Numbered from the stretch's first letter, positions 15,367 through 24,964 are shown. The stretch is 24,981 bases of DNA from a bacterium (GCA_030550175.1 JAUQPW010000089.1:1-24981), one strand, 5' to 3'. Numbers and translations: made by a program. Notes: generated by a model not told the origin, from the sequence alone.

Positions 15367-15867
15367 ATGAGAAAGGATCTATTTTATAGAATTTATAGAA
15401 TAGGGCTTGGTCTGCTTTTGCTCAGCCTCCCTTGTTTACAGGTTTTTGCACAGGAGAAGTCCCCGGCCGATGAATTTTCAGTTCCGGTGATGCCGCCGGT
15501 TCATATTCATCCGGGTCAGGCCCATGCCCCCTATAATACCATTCCTCCGACCTCAGGACCCCATGTGGAGATGCACGTGGGACAGAAAATTTTAAAGACC
15601 CCTGTCCCTGAGGAGATCCAGGTCCATGAGTTGGAACATGGAGGGATATTTCTTCAATACAACTGCACCCATTGTGACGACCTGGTGGCCAAACTGGAGA
15701 AGATCGCCCAGGCCTATGAAGGGGTATTTGTCGCACCTTATCCCAAAATGGATGCTCTTATTGCGTTAACAGCCTGGGGAAAACTGGCCAAATTGAAAGA
15801 GTATAACGAAGAGGTCATTCAGCGGTTTATTAAATCTTATCTGGGCGCCTATCCATCCGGCAAGTGA
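15367..15867 (+). CDS. Secreted DUF3105-family protein with conserved His/Cys-rich motifs (putative metal-binding)
   Basis: The signal peptide is MRKDLFYRIYRIGLGLLLLSLPCLQVFAQ. The motifs YNTIPPTSGPHVEMHVG, VHELEHGGIFLQY and CTHCDD match the DUF3105 signature recalled from memory (Y.QTPPVGG.H....VHSLEHGAVWI.Y). Confidence 0.6.
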   Translation: MRKDLFYRIYRIGLGLLLLSLPCLQVFAQEKSPADEFSVPVMPPVHIHPGQAHAPYNTIPPTSGPHVEMHVGQKILKTPVPEEIQVHELEHGGIFLQYNCTHCDDLVAKLEKIAQAYEGVFVAPYPKMDALIALTAWGKLAKLKEYNEEVIQRFIKSYLGAYPSGK

Positions 15868-15988
15868 CAAGGTAAAATAGGTCAATTTCGCTGGACCCTT
15901 CTTTCCTCCGGTTCATGAATCTTTGCCTGTTTTTTCTATTGAAGCCCTTCCATCGTGTAAAGAAACAACCAGAGCCGTTATCTGAATC

Positions 15989-16768
15989 CTATAAATTCCA
16001 GTTCCAACCGGATAAGAATCCACCATCGACATAGATAATTTCACCACTCACATAATTAGAAGCATCTGAAGCGAGGAAGACGGCAGCCCCCATGAGATCT
16101 TCGGTGGTTCCAACCCGCCCTATAGGGATTCGAGGCATCAGTTTTTCCATCCAGGCTTTGTTTTCCAGAAGAGGACGGGTCAGGTCCGTTTCATGATAGC
16201 CTGGACCGATGGCGTTTACATTAATTCCGTATCTTGCCCATTCAGCCGCCAGGGATCGGGTAAGCCCCAGAACCCCGGATTTGGTGGCACCATAAGGAGC
16301 TATGGTCGTCATACCGATTTGGCTGGTCAGGGAACAGATATTAATAATTTTCCCTTTTCCCTGTTTCAGCATGATTCTCCCAGCAGCCTGACAGCAAAAG
16401 AAAGTCCCCTTAAGGTTGGTATCGACAATGCTATCCCAGAGCTCTTCGGTAACTTCCAGAGAAGGAACGCGTTTATTAATTCCTGCATTGTTCACCAGGA
16501 TATCCAGTCTCCCAAACTCGTTAACCACGGTACGGACCATATTTTCGATATCCTGTAGCTTTGAGATATCCGCCGTTACGACCAGGGATTTACGTCCCAG
16601 CTTGTTAATCTCTTCAGCAGTATTCTGAAGTCGGGAGGTAGTCCGTCCACTGATAGCCACATCGGCTCCTGCATGGGCGAGGGCCAGGGCAATAGCCCGT
16701 CCTATCCCTCGACCTCCACCGGTAACCAGAGCAACACGACCGTTCAAGTCGAAACTCGGAAATTGCAT
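15989..16768 (-). CDS. Short-chain dehydrogenase/reductase (SDR) family oxidoreductase, gluconate-5-dehydrogenase/KduD-like
   Basis: The Rossmann motif GRVALVTGGGRGIGRAIA is present, along with NNAG and the catalytic YGATKSGVLGLTRSLAAEWARYGINVNAIGPG (YxxxK) motif. Confidence 0.85.
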   Translation of the reverse strand: MQFPSFDLNGRVALVTGGGRGIGRAIALALAHAGADVAISGRTTSRLQNTAEEINKLGRKSLVVTADISKLQDIENMVRTVVNEFGRLDILVNNAGINKRVPSLEVTEELWDSIVDTNLKGTFFCCQAAGRIMLKQGKGKIINICSLTSQIGMTTIAPYGATKSGVLGLTRSLAAEWARYGINVNAIGPGYHETDLTRPLLENKAWMEKLMPRIPIGRVGTTEDLMGAAVFLASDASNYVSGEIIYVDGGFLSGWNWNL

Positions 16769-16840
16769 CCTCTTTCATAGATCTAAAATCCAAGGTCCAG
16801 AGCTCTGATGGCTCTGGATTCTGGACTTTAGACTTTGAGA

Positions 16841-17620
16841 TTATTCTTGTTTGACTTCACTCCTAAATTTATTAACCACCTCGGTAGATCCTTTTGCGAG
16901 AAGGGTTACATCTCCGGACAGATGGATAAATTGATAGCCCTTATCCCAAAGCTGTTTGGCGTGTTCTACGCTACTGGAAACAGTCCCCAGAGCGACTCCG
17001 GCTTCTTTTGCCGCCTTTTCAATGGTAGCAATCGCCGCCTGAACTTCTGGATGCTCGCGATTTCCTGGATACCCCATAGCCGTGGAGAGATCGTTAGGTC
17101 CGATGAAAACCACGTCAATCCCTTTGACCGAGAGGATTTCTTTGATGTTACGGACGGCGGTTGAAGTTTCGATTTGGACGATGACCATGATCTCTTCGTT
17201 GGCCCGCTTGAGATATTCGGCTCCATTTCGTGTATACCCTGCGGCACGAACACTGGTAGCCACGCCTCGTAGACCTTCTGGGGGATATTTACACGCTTTC
17301 ACAGCCATTTCGGCCTGTTCCTGATTGTTTACCCAGGGAACCATAACCCCATAGGCCCCTACGTCCAGAATCCTCTTGATAGCTACCAAATCGTTCCAGG
17401 GAGCCCGGCAGAGGGGAATCGTATTCGTTGCACTCATGGCCTGATATTGCAACATCAGAGTTTGAAAATCCGCCGGGCTATGTTCACAATCTACCAAAAG
17501 CCAATCAAATCCTGCATGGGCCATAATCTCCGCTGCCATGGGACTACCTAACTGAAGCCATCCACCGATGGTTTTTTTCCCAGAACGGATTGCTTTCTTT
17601 ACCCAATTTTCTCGAATCAT
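16841..17620 (-). CDS. HpcH/HpaI-family class II aldolase (2-keto-3-deoxy sugar-acid aldolase)
   Basis: The motif GGWLQLGSPMAAEIMAHAGFDWLLVDCEHSPADFQTLMLQYQAM...VMVPWVNNQEQAEMAVKACKYPPEGLRG is characteristic of the HpcH/HpaI/RhmA aldolase family. It is co-oriented with, and 72 nt upstream of, the SDR gene, so the two are probably an operon. Confidence 0.8.
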   Translation of the reverse strand: MIRENWVKKAIRSGKKTIGGWLQLGSPMAAEIMAHAGFDWLLVDCEHSPADFQTLMLQYQAMSATNTIPLCRAPWNDLVAIKRILDVGAYGVMVPWVNNQEQAEMAVKACKYPPEGLRGVATSVRAAGYTRNGAEYLKRANEEIMVIVQIETSTAVRNIKEILSVKGIDVVFIGPNDLSTAMGYPGNREHPEVQAAIATIEKAAKEAGVALGTVSSSVEHAKQLWDKGYQFIHLSGDVTLLAKGSTEVVNKFRSEVKQE

Positions 17621-17645
17621 TATCCCTAAGTCTAAAGTCCCAGGT

Positions 17646-17686
17646 CCAAAGTCCCAAGATCGGAGACTTTGGGCTTGGGACTTTGG
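17646..17686. terminator. 13-bp-stem hairpin (17646-17658 / 17674-17686) built from tandem GTCCCA(A/G)G units, 5 nt downstream of the argG stop. Putative terminator or REP-like element.
   Basis: ccaaagtcccaag atcggagactttggg cttgggactttgg. The flanking sequence agtcccaggtccaaagtcccaag is itself a tandem repeat. There is no clean U-run, so intrinsic-terminator function is uncertain. Confidence 0.4.
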
Positions 17687-17691
17687 GCTGG

Positions 17692-18972
17692 TTATTGTGT
17701 ATTTTCAATAATTTCCATCTGTTCCTTATTTAGAGTAGGCGGCGTGATGGAAGGAAGTTCTTTGACCGTGGTGGTTTCTCCCAGGAGTTGTACCTGGGCC
17801 TGGGTTTTCTGAGCCAATCCATGAATCTTGATAAATCCTAAAGCCGCACTATGGTCAAAGGTATCCCGTGAATCGTAGGTGGCCAAAGCCAGGTTATAGA
17901 GGGAATAGGGCGACTTGCGTCCCACTACACTACAAACTCCTTTAAAAAGCTTCACCCGGACGGTACCGGTTACGTAGCGCTGGTTGCTGGCAACAAAGGC
18001 CAGTAGGTCTTGATGAAGGGTTGAAAACCAAAGACCGTTATAAATCAGATCGGCATACTCCTTGGAAACGAGGGTTTTAAATCGGGCTGCATCTTTAGAA
18101 AGGGTCATATCTTCCAAGGCTTGATGGGCTTTATGGAGAACGGTGGCTGCCGGGGCTTCGTAAATCTCCCGGGACTTGATACCCACCAGGCGATTTTCCA
18201 GATGATCTATACGCCCGATTCCATGTTGACCCGCCAGTTTATTGAGCCGGGTAATGAGGGTAATCCCATCCATGGGAACCCCATCTAAACTTGTGGGAAT
18301 TCCCTGCTCAAATCCGATTTCCAAATACTGAGGTGTATCCGGGGCCTTGGCTGGATTAACGGTCCATTCGTAAATCTCTTCGGGAGGTTCTATCCAGGGA
18401 TCTTCCAGGACACCTGCCTCAATACTCCGCCCCCAGAGATTTTGATCAACACTGTAAGGACTCTCTAAGGTAACCGGTATCGGAATTCCATGTTTTTTGG
18501 CATATTCAATCTCCTCGTCCCGCGTCATACGCCATTCTCGAACCGGACCGATGATTTTAAGCTGGGGAGCCAGGGTATGAATAGAAACATCAAATCGAAC
18601 CTGGTCGTTCCCTTTCCCCGTACAGCCATGGGCTACCGCTGTAGCTCCTTCTGAACGGGCTACATCAACCAGTAACTTGGCAATAAGAGGTCGGGCTAAG
18701 GCAGTGGCTAAAGGATACTCTCCCTCGTAAATAGCCCCGGCTTGTAACGCCGGGAACACGAAATATTTCACAAACAACTCTCGGGCGTCTACCACGATGG
18801 ATTTGATGGCTCCCACTTGAATGGCTTTCTTCTTGATGGCATCCAGGTCATCCCCTTGACCTACATCAACGGTCAGGGCAATGACCTCCATATTGTATTT
18901 TTCTTGAAGCCATTTAATGGAAACTGACGTGTCTAAACCACCCGAGTAGGCCAGTACAACCTTTTCCTTCAT
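17692..18972 (-). CDS. argG: Argininosuccinate synthase
   Basis: The N-type ATP pyrophosphatase P-loop AYSGGLDTS is present, followed by the highly conserved ArgG blocks [47 protein letters not shown]. The ATG and an AGAGG RBS were verified. Confidence 0.9.
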   Translation of the reverse strand: MKEKVVLAYSGGLDTSVSIKWLQEKYNMEVIALTVDVGQGDDLDAIKKKAIQVGAIKSIVVDARELFVKYFVFPALQAGAIYEGEYPLATALARPLIAKLLVDVARSEGATAVAHGCTGKGNDQVRFDVSIHTLAPQLKIIGPVREWRMTRDEEIEYAKKHGIPIPVTLESPYSVDQNLWGRSIEAGVLEDPWIEPPEEIYEWTVNPAKAPDTPQYLEIGFEQGIPTSLDGVPMDGITLITRLNKLAGQHGIGRIDHLENRLVGIKSREIYEAPAATVLHKAHQALEDMTLSKDAARFKTLVSKEYADLIYNGLWFSTLHQDLLAFVASNQRYVTGTVRVKLFKGVCSVVGRKSPYSLYNLALATYDSRDTFDHSAALGFIKIHGLAQKTQAQVQLLGETTTVKELPSITPPTLNKEQMEIIENTQ

Positions 18973-18993
18973 AACCTCTATGATCCTCAGATC

Positions 18994-19028
18994 TTTTCAA
19001 TTGAAAATTTAATAAATTTTCAATAGAA
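18994..19028. promoter_or_regulatory. Candidate operator upstream of argG: perfect 14-bp palindrome TTTTCAATTGAAAA plus a second TTTTCAATAGAA half-repeat 23 nt away
   Basis: Sequence reading: atcttttcaattgaaaatttaataaattttcaatagaagt, 15-60 nt upstream of the argG start on the minus strand. Half-sites TTCA/TGAA are reminiscent of ArgR ARG boxes, but the spacing is atypical. Confidence 0.3.
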
Positions 19029-19285
19029 GTCTGTTTCCTGTCCCTTTCTTAGGTTCCGTTTTACTATATCCCTGTCGGTTGTCAAGATAATTGTAGTTTT
19101 TGTCTCCGGATCTACTTTTTTCCCTTTACAAATCCATTCGACTGTGTATGTTAGATAAAGTTTTTTAGAACTCCCTGACAAGAAAAAACTTGACTTTTTG
19201 GGTTAATTAACTAAAGTTAGTCTTTAAAAATATATAGAGTTACCAACTAACTAAAGTAAAACCTCCTAACGTTCCAGATTAAATT

Positions 19286-22200
19286 ATGTACTTAGAGGAG
19301 ATTATACTATCCGGATTTAAATCTTTTCCAGAGAAGATTCATTTAACCCTCCCCCCCGGCATAACCGTCATTGTAGGTCCTAATGGTTGTGGGAAAAGCA
19401 ACCTGATTGATGCCATTCGGTGGGCACTGGGAGAGCAGAGTGCCAAGCATATGCGCGGTGATTCCATGGAAGACGTGATCTTCAATGGCAACAAAAATCG
19501 GAAGCCGTTGGGGATGGCCGAGGTTTCCCTTCGATTTGTAGATCCTGCCGGAGTTCTTCCCCTGGAATACAGTGAGATCCTCATTACCCGTCGTGTATTT
19601 CGCTCCGGGGAGGGAGAATATTTTCTGAATAAAAAACCGTGTCGTTTACGAGACATTCAAGAACTTTTCATGGACACTGGGATTGGAGCCCGGGCTTATT
19701 CCATCGCCGAGCAAGGAAAAATTGATCTCATTATCCATGCGAAGCCCGAAGAGCGAAGGACCCTTATCGAAGAAGCTGCCGGTATTACCAAGTACAAAGC
19801 TCGCAAGAAAGCGACCCTGGAGAAACTAGAAGCCACTCGACTCAATTTAACCCGAGTTCAAGATATCATCCTGGAAGTCCAACGTCAACTGGAGTCGGTG
19901 AAAAGACAGGTTAAAAAAGCAGAACGTTATCAGACCTATTTGAACGAAATAAAGACCCTTCAGACCCGACTCTATCGCTCCCGGTATCGAGTTCTAAGAG
20001 AAAAACTGGAGCAGAGTACCCTTTCGTTGCAGGCCTTACAGGGAGAAGTAGCCCAATTGGAAACCGAGATCTCAACCCTTCAAGAAGAAGCCGGTCAAAA
20101 AAGGGAGAAACTCCAGAGAGCCGAAGAAAATCTGAATACGATTCGACAACAACTCCAGGGCGCATCCAACACCATCCAGTTACACGAGGCGAAATTAGAG
20201 CAGCTACGACAACAGCTTCTGGATCAAAAAATCATCCTGGAAAAAGGAGATGATATCCTGTCTCGGCTCAGGAAAGAGCAAGGGGAAACAGAAGAGGAGA
20301 TTCAGGCCCAAAAAGCCCGATGGGAAGAGTTATCCCAGGAAATGACCCTTTATCAGCAGAATCTGGAGAGTCAGGAGGAAAGCGTAAAAATCCTGAGCTC
20401 CCAGCTCTCGGAAGCGCAGGCTCAATTGGATAAAGAAAAAGGACAGCTCATGAATCTTCTCATGGACTTGACCCGGGGAAATAATTTAATTCTTCGGCTG
20501 AAAAAAGATAAAGAGAGAGTTTCTTTGAACCTGGCCCGGCTGCAGAAGGAGCAAGAAACAATAGAAGTCCAGAGGAAAGAAAAGGAAGCAGAACTGGAAA
20601 GCCTGAGAGGGGTTGTTCAAGAGCTTCGGGAGAAGAGGGGAGAACTGGATAAAACGGAACCCGTTTTAAGGGAAAAGATTCAGAGTATCGAAAAAACGCT
20701 TCAGGAACTCGGTAAAAAGATAGGATTATTGAAGGATCGACTCAGTCTGAACCGTTCTCGCTTCGAGTCACTGAAAGAGCTTCAAAAAACCTATGCCGGA
20801 TTCAAAGAAGGTACCCGATCTCTCTTGTTGAATCCCGATCTCTCCAGCAGATTGGGAATCCAATCCACCATCCTGGATTTAATTAAAGCCAAACCAGGCT
20901 ATGAAGTTGCCATTGAAGCGATCCTTGGAGATAAAATTCAAACCCTGATTGTAGAGAACTATCAGAAGGGAATAGAAGCGATCGGGTTTTTACGAGAAAC
21001 GAAATCAGGGCGAGGATATTTTATGCCTTTCAAGCGTGGAGACCTCATTTCTTGGGATACAGAGGAGCAGGTACCCGAAGGGGCGGGGGGGCCAGAATCG
21101 AAGAATCAAGGGATCGTCCCTGCGTCCCCGCGTCCCTCTGTTCCTGTATCTATCTTTAACGATGATCCCGATATCATCGGGAGGGCATTTGATTTCATCA
21201 GTTGTAAAGCCGAGTTTAAGGAAACGATTCAGATCCTATTAGATTCGATAGTTGTGGTAGAAAATTTAGAAAAAGCGATTCGGGTTCATCAAAAGTATCC
21301 CTCTTTGATTTGTATCACCCGGGGAGGGGAAGTTTTGGACGCTCAAGGAATTCTTTATGGGGGGGCGAGCCAGCGGTTGGAGACCGGTTTCTTAGCCAAA
21401 AAGGGGGAAATGGACAGGTTAAAGCAGCAGGTTGAAAACTATGAACAGGGCTTACAAAGGCTTCTTCAGGTAGAAGGTGAAATTAAAAATAAGCTTGAGC
21501 TTTACCAGGGTGCTTTAAAAAATTTAGAGAAGACGCGACGCGAGCAAGAAATCAATTTGATCAATAGAGAAAATGCCGTAAACCAGTTAGAACGAGACCT
21601 GGAGCAGTTAAGAAAGCGTTTAGAGTTTATAGACCTGGAGCAATCTCAATTGGGTCAGGAAATAACAGGAATAGACGGGGAATTAGCCAAAACTCTTGGA
21701 ATCAAACAGAATTTGGAGGAAAAAAAGGTCGAAAAGGAGGAGAGAATTGCCGACTTACAAAATAAAGTTCAACAGAGTCGAGAACAACAGGATCGAGCGG
21801 TAGCCGGGCTAACCGACAGCAAAGTTCATTATACGGCCCTGAAGGAAAAGCTACGCGGACTTGACCAGGATATCAGGCGACTCGCAGAACGGAGTCAATC
21901 CCTGGCTTTACAGATCCAGGAGACCCAGGAGCGGATTACCACAGCCCGGAATCGACGGGAGGAGTATGAAATAGCCATACAAGAAACCCAAGATATCCTT
22001 GAAAGCCTCCTGGATTCCAGGGAAAAGCTTGAGAAAAAGGAGAAGGTTCATCAGGAAAAACATCTGGCTACCGCCCGGGAACTGGAAAATGCCCAACGAA
22101 TTTTAAAAGAGCGTGAGGAAAGTTATCGGGTTGTCCATGAAAGATTGAAGGCCGAAGAAATTAAAAATACCGAACTGCGCGTTACCCTTGAGCATGTTAA

Positions 22201-22954
22201 AGAGCGGATCACCTCGGAGTTAGGATTATCCCTGGAGGAGTTTGAAGTCAGGGAAGAAACTTCCCCCACCTCCGCATCCTCCTGTTCTCCGGCTTCTCCG
22301 CTCTCTGATCAGGAAATCGAAGAAAGTATTGAAACCTTAAAGGAGAAGCTGGCCAACCTGGGGAACGTAAACCTGGCTGCCATTGAAGAGTATCAAGCCC
22401 TTCAGGAGCGGTATGATTTTCTTTCCAATCAGCAGGCCGATTTAACAGAATCTATGAACTCTCTTTACGCCACTATTCAGAAGATCGATGCCACGACAGA
22501 GGCTCGTTTTATAGAAGCCTTTAACACCATCAACACAAGTTTTAAGGAAGTTTTTCAAAAACTCTTTGAAGGGGGTTCTGCCGAACTTCGATTAACGGAC
22601 CCCGGGAACATGTTAGAGACTGGGGTTGAGATTCTCGCCCAACCTTCCGGCAAGCGGCTTCAGAAAATTTCCTTAATGTCGGGAGGGGAAAAAGCGTTGA
22701 TCAGTATCGCCCTGCTTTTCTCCATTTTCCTTATCAAGCCCAGCCCCTTTTGCATTCTGGATGAAGTAGACGCTCCCCTGGATGATGCCAATGTAGGACG
22801 ATTTTTAAACCTCCTACAGGATATGGCCCGCACCACCCAGTTTATCATTATTACCCACAACAAAAGAACCATGGAAATTGCGCACCTTATGTATGGAATT
22901 ACTATGGAAGAGCCTGGGGTTTCAAAGATAGTCTCGGTCCAATTAAATAATTAA
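19286..22954 (+). CDS. smc: Chromosome condensation/segregation protein SMC (canonical, with hinge)
   Basis: The N-terminal Walker A FKSFPEKIHLTLPPGITVIVGPNGCGKSNLIDAIRWALGEQSAKHMRG is present. Long coiled coils flank a hinge domain (IEAILGDKIQTLIVENYQKGIEAIGFLRETKSGRGYFMPF). The C-terminal ABC signature and Walker B LSGGEKALISIALLFSIF...ILDEVDAPLDDANV are present. Confidence 0.9.
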   Translation: MYLEEIILSGFKSFPEKIHLTLPPGITVIVGPNGCGKSNLIDAIRWALGEQSAKHMRGDSMEDVIFNGNKNRKPLGMAEVSLRFVDPAGVLPLEYSEILITRRVFRSGEGEYFLNKKPCRLRDIQELFMDTGIGARAYSIAEQGKIDLIIHAKPEERRTLIEEAAGITKYKARKKATLEKLEATRLNLTRVQDIILEVQRQLESVKRQVKKAERYQTYLNEIKTLQTRLYRSRYRVLREKLEQSTLSLQALQGEVAQLETEISTLQEEAGQKREKLQRAEENLNTIRQQLQGASNTIQLHEAKLEQLRQQLLDQKIILEKGDDILSRLRKEQGETEEEIQAQKARWEELSQEMTLYQQNLESQEESVKILSSQLSEAQAQLDKEKGQLMNLLMDLTRGNNLILRLKKDKERVSLNLARLQKEQETIEVQRKEKEAELESLRGVVQELREKRGELDKTEPVLREKIQSIEKTLQELGKKIGLLKDRLSLNRSRFESLKELQKTYAGFKEGTRSLLLNPDLSSRLGIQSTILDLIKAKPGYEVAIEAILGDKIQTLIVENYQKGIEAIGFLRETKSGRGYFMPFKRGDLISWDTEEQVPEGAGGPESKNQGIVPASPRPSVPVSIFNDDPDIIGRAFDFISCKAEFKETIQILLDSIVVVENLEKAIRVHQKYPSLICITRGGEVLDAQGILYGGASQRLETGFLAKKGEMDRLKQQVENYEQGLQRLLQVEGEIKNKLELYQGALKNLEKTRREQEINLINRENAVNQLERDLEQLRKRLEFIDLEQSQLGQEITGIDGELAKTLGIKQNLEEKKVEKEERIADLQNKVQQSREQQDRAVAGLTDSKVHYTALKEKLRGLDQDIRRLAERSQSLALQIQETQERITTARNRREEYEIAIQETQDILESLLDSREKLEKKEKVHQEKHLATARELENAQRILKEREESYRVVHERLKAEEIKNTELRVTLEHVKERITSELGLSLEEFEVREETSPTSASSCSPASPLSDQEIEESIETLKEKLANLGNVNLAAIEEYQALQERYDFLSNQQADLTESMNSLYATIQKIDATTEARFIEAFNTINTSFKEVFQKLFEGGSAELRLTDPGNMLETGVEILAQPSGKRLQKISLMSGGEKALISIALLFSIFLIKPSPFCILDEVDAPLDDANVGRFLNLLQDMARTTQFIIITHNKRTMEIAHLMYGITMEEPGVSKIVSVQLNN

Positions 22955-22999
22955 AAATTATCGAGTTCTGAAAGTGTGATTCATGGTTCGTGTTGAAAG

Positions 23000-24187
23000 A
23001 TGACTCCAAGTGAAAGGCTCACCTTAAAACGTCCCAAGCGTCTGCTTTCTATAGATGGAGGAGGTATTCGCGGCTTAATCGCCATCGAGATTCTTATTAA
23101 GATCGAGGATATCCTTTGCCGACCTGACTCTCGGTGGCGGTGTCTGGCAGATTATTTTGATTTCATAGGGGGGACAAGCACAGGTTCGATCTTGACCGCA
23201 GGACTCGCCATGGGTCTATCGGCAAGGGAGTTACGAGATTTTTACGTAAGATTAGGACCCCGGGTCTTTCAGAAGCGATGGTTATGGGGGCAATTATGGT
23301 CAAAATACAACCCCGAGCCTTTAGAACGGCAACTTCAATATCTTCTAGGAGATATAACCTTAGGTTCAGATCAATTACGGACTCTGCTGATGATTGTTGC
23401 CAAGAATATAAACACGGGTACACCCTGGTTTTTTGTTAACAGTCCCCGGAATAAATTCTTTGAAGAGAACAGCAGAATTCCGCTCTGGCATTTGGTTAGA
23501 GCCAGTTCTGCAGCACCGACCTTTTTTCCTCCCCACAGGATTACCTTACCGGATGGACGGAGACTAGATTTCATAGACGGTGGGGTCAGCATGTTCAATA
23601 ATCCCTCCTTTCAATTATTTCTTGAGGCGACAATTCCAGAATACAGTGCCGGTTGGGATACAGGGATAGACAAAATTTTACTCATTTCGATAGGTACAGG
23701 ATTTAAGCAGAATAAAATTGCCAGAGATAAAGCGCAAAATTATACCCTTATCCACTGGGCCAACTATATAGTCAAAGTTCTTATGGACGATGCCAATGTA
23801 CAGCAGAACTTACTCATGAAGCTTATCAGCCATACACCTAAACCCAGGTGGATGGATTATGAAATGGACGATGCCGATATGCCGACCACAAATGACGTGG
23901 AGCAATTACAAGTCAATGCTCCCAAATCCAACTTTCCCTCGACAAGGTCCATGGATGCACGGGCCATTGCCTTCGCGACTAAGATGTTAACGTATCATCG
24001 TTATACTATTTCCTTCACGCGAAAACGCTTTGATGAACTAGGTTTACCCAGGGACATTGATCTAGACCGGGTTTCAGAAATAGATTGTGTGGATCAAATC
24101 GAAGCTTTATGCCGGATTGGTCAGGCCGTAGCCAGGGAACAGGTCTCCGCCAGCGATTTTAAAGGTTTTTTGCATAGGGACGAGTAA
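23000..24187 (+). CDS. Patatin-like phospholipase (PNPLA) family protein, cytoplasmic
   Basis: The oxyanion motif SIDGGGIRG is present, the nucleophile elbow FIGGTSTGS carries the GxSxG serine, and the catalytic Asp lies in FIDGGVSMFNNP (DGG). There is no signal peptide. The gene is 45 nt downstream of smc on the same strand. Confidence 0.85.
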   Translation: MTPSERLTLKRPKRLLSIDGGGIRGLIAIEILIKIEDILCRPDSRWRCLADYFDFIGGTSTGSILTAGLAMGLSARELRDFYVRLGPRVFQKRWLWGQLWSKYNPEPLERQLQYLLGDITLGSDQLRTLLMIVAKNINTGTPWFFVNSPRNKFFEENSRIPLWHLVRASSAAPTFFPPHRITLPDGRRLDFIDGGVSMFNNPSFQLFLEATIPEYSAGWDTGIDKILLISIGTGFKQNKIARDKAQNYTLIHWANYIVKVLMDDANVQQNLLMKLISHTPKPRWMDYEMDDADMPTTNDVEQLQVNAPKSNFPSTRSMDARAIAFATKMLTYHRYTISFTRKRFDELGLPRDIDLDRVSEIDCVDQIEALCRIGQAVAREQVSASDFKGFLHRDE

Positions 24188-24451
24188 TACCAAACCGAAT
24201 AGAATCTATCCTATTCCATTTCTCCCTTAAAACACGCCCAAAAACTGCAAGGACAGCTCCTTGTGGTTGCTTGAGATCAGACCTGCCCTTGCGAAGAGCC
24301 AGGTAGGCCGAAGTCCCAAAGCGAAACAAAGGGAACGGAGTAATCCCCGGGTTTCAGCAGATGATCTCGCTCCTACCACCACTTGCAATGAGATTGCAAA
24401 ATATCATTTTTAACTTGAATCGGCCGAGAACTCCTAACAGGCCGGTGATAG

Positions 24452-24964
24452 CTACGAATGTTCGGAAAATAACTCTTCTAAAACCGAGCGAAAGGTTTCA
24501 AAGGCAGGAGTATCCCAGAGACAAAATACTACGTTCTCTAATCCTGTGTTCCCTTGAAGATATTCTCGGGTCGTGGTAAGCATAATTCGAGCACACCGGT
24601 CCATGGGAAAACCAAAAACTCCGGTACTAATGGCCGGAAAGGCTATGCTTTTGAGTTGATGCTGATCGGCTAACTTCAAGCTGTTTAAAGTAGCTTGCCG
24701 AAGTTTATCGTCCTCATTCCCTTCTCCCCATTGAGGACCTACCGCGTGGATAACATATTTGGCGGGAAGATTCCCTCCCGTTGTAATAACCGCTCCTCCC
24801 ACGTGGGTACCTCCGATTCGGTTGCATTCCTCCTGGATACGAGGTCCACCTTTCTTCCTTATCGCTCCGGCTACTCCAGACCCGAGAATCAGGGCGGTAT
24901 TAGCCGCGTTGACAATGGCATCGGTCGCCAACTCGGTTATATCCCCGCCTCCTGATCGCCGCAC
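24452..24964 (-). CDS. Macro domain protein (MacroD/YmdB-type O-acetyl-ADP-ribose deacetylase / ADP-ribose hydrolase); start possibly beyond the window edge
   Basis: GDITELATDAIVNAANTAL...GVAGAI...GGAVITTGGNLPAKYVIHAVGPQWGEG...IAFPAISTGVFGFP aligns block by block with E. coli YmdB (GDITKLAVDVIVNAANPSL...GVDGAI...HAVITLAGDLPAKAVVHTVGPVW...VAFPAISTGVYGYP). The annotated start at 24964 is GTG, and the reading frame stays open to the window end. Confidence 0.85.
   Translation of the reverse strand: MRRSGGGDITELATDAIVNAANTALILGSGVAGAIRKKGGPRIQEECNRIGGTHVGGAVITTGGNLPAKYVIHAVGPQWGEGNEDDKLRQATLNSLKLADQHQLKSIAFPAISTGVFGFPMDRCARIMLTTTREYLQGNTGLENVVFCLWDTPAFETFRSVLEELFSEHS

Noticed and set aside
23000-24964. 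Patatin plus macro as a two-gene toxin/antitoxin operon
   Set aside because: The genes are convergent (tail-to-tail) with a 264-nt spacer, so they cannot be co-transcribed. They are kept only as a neighbourhood observation.
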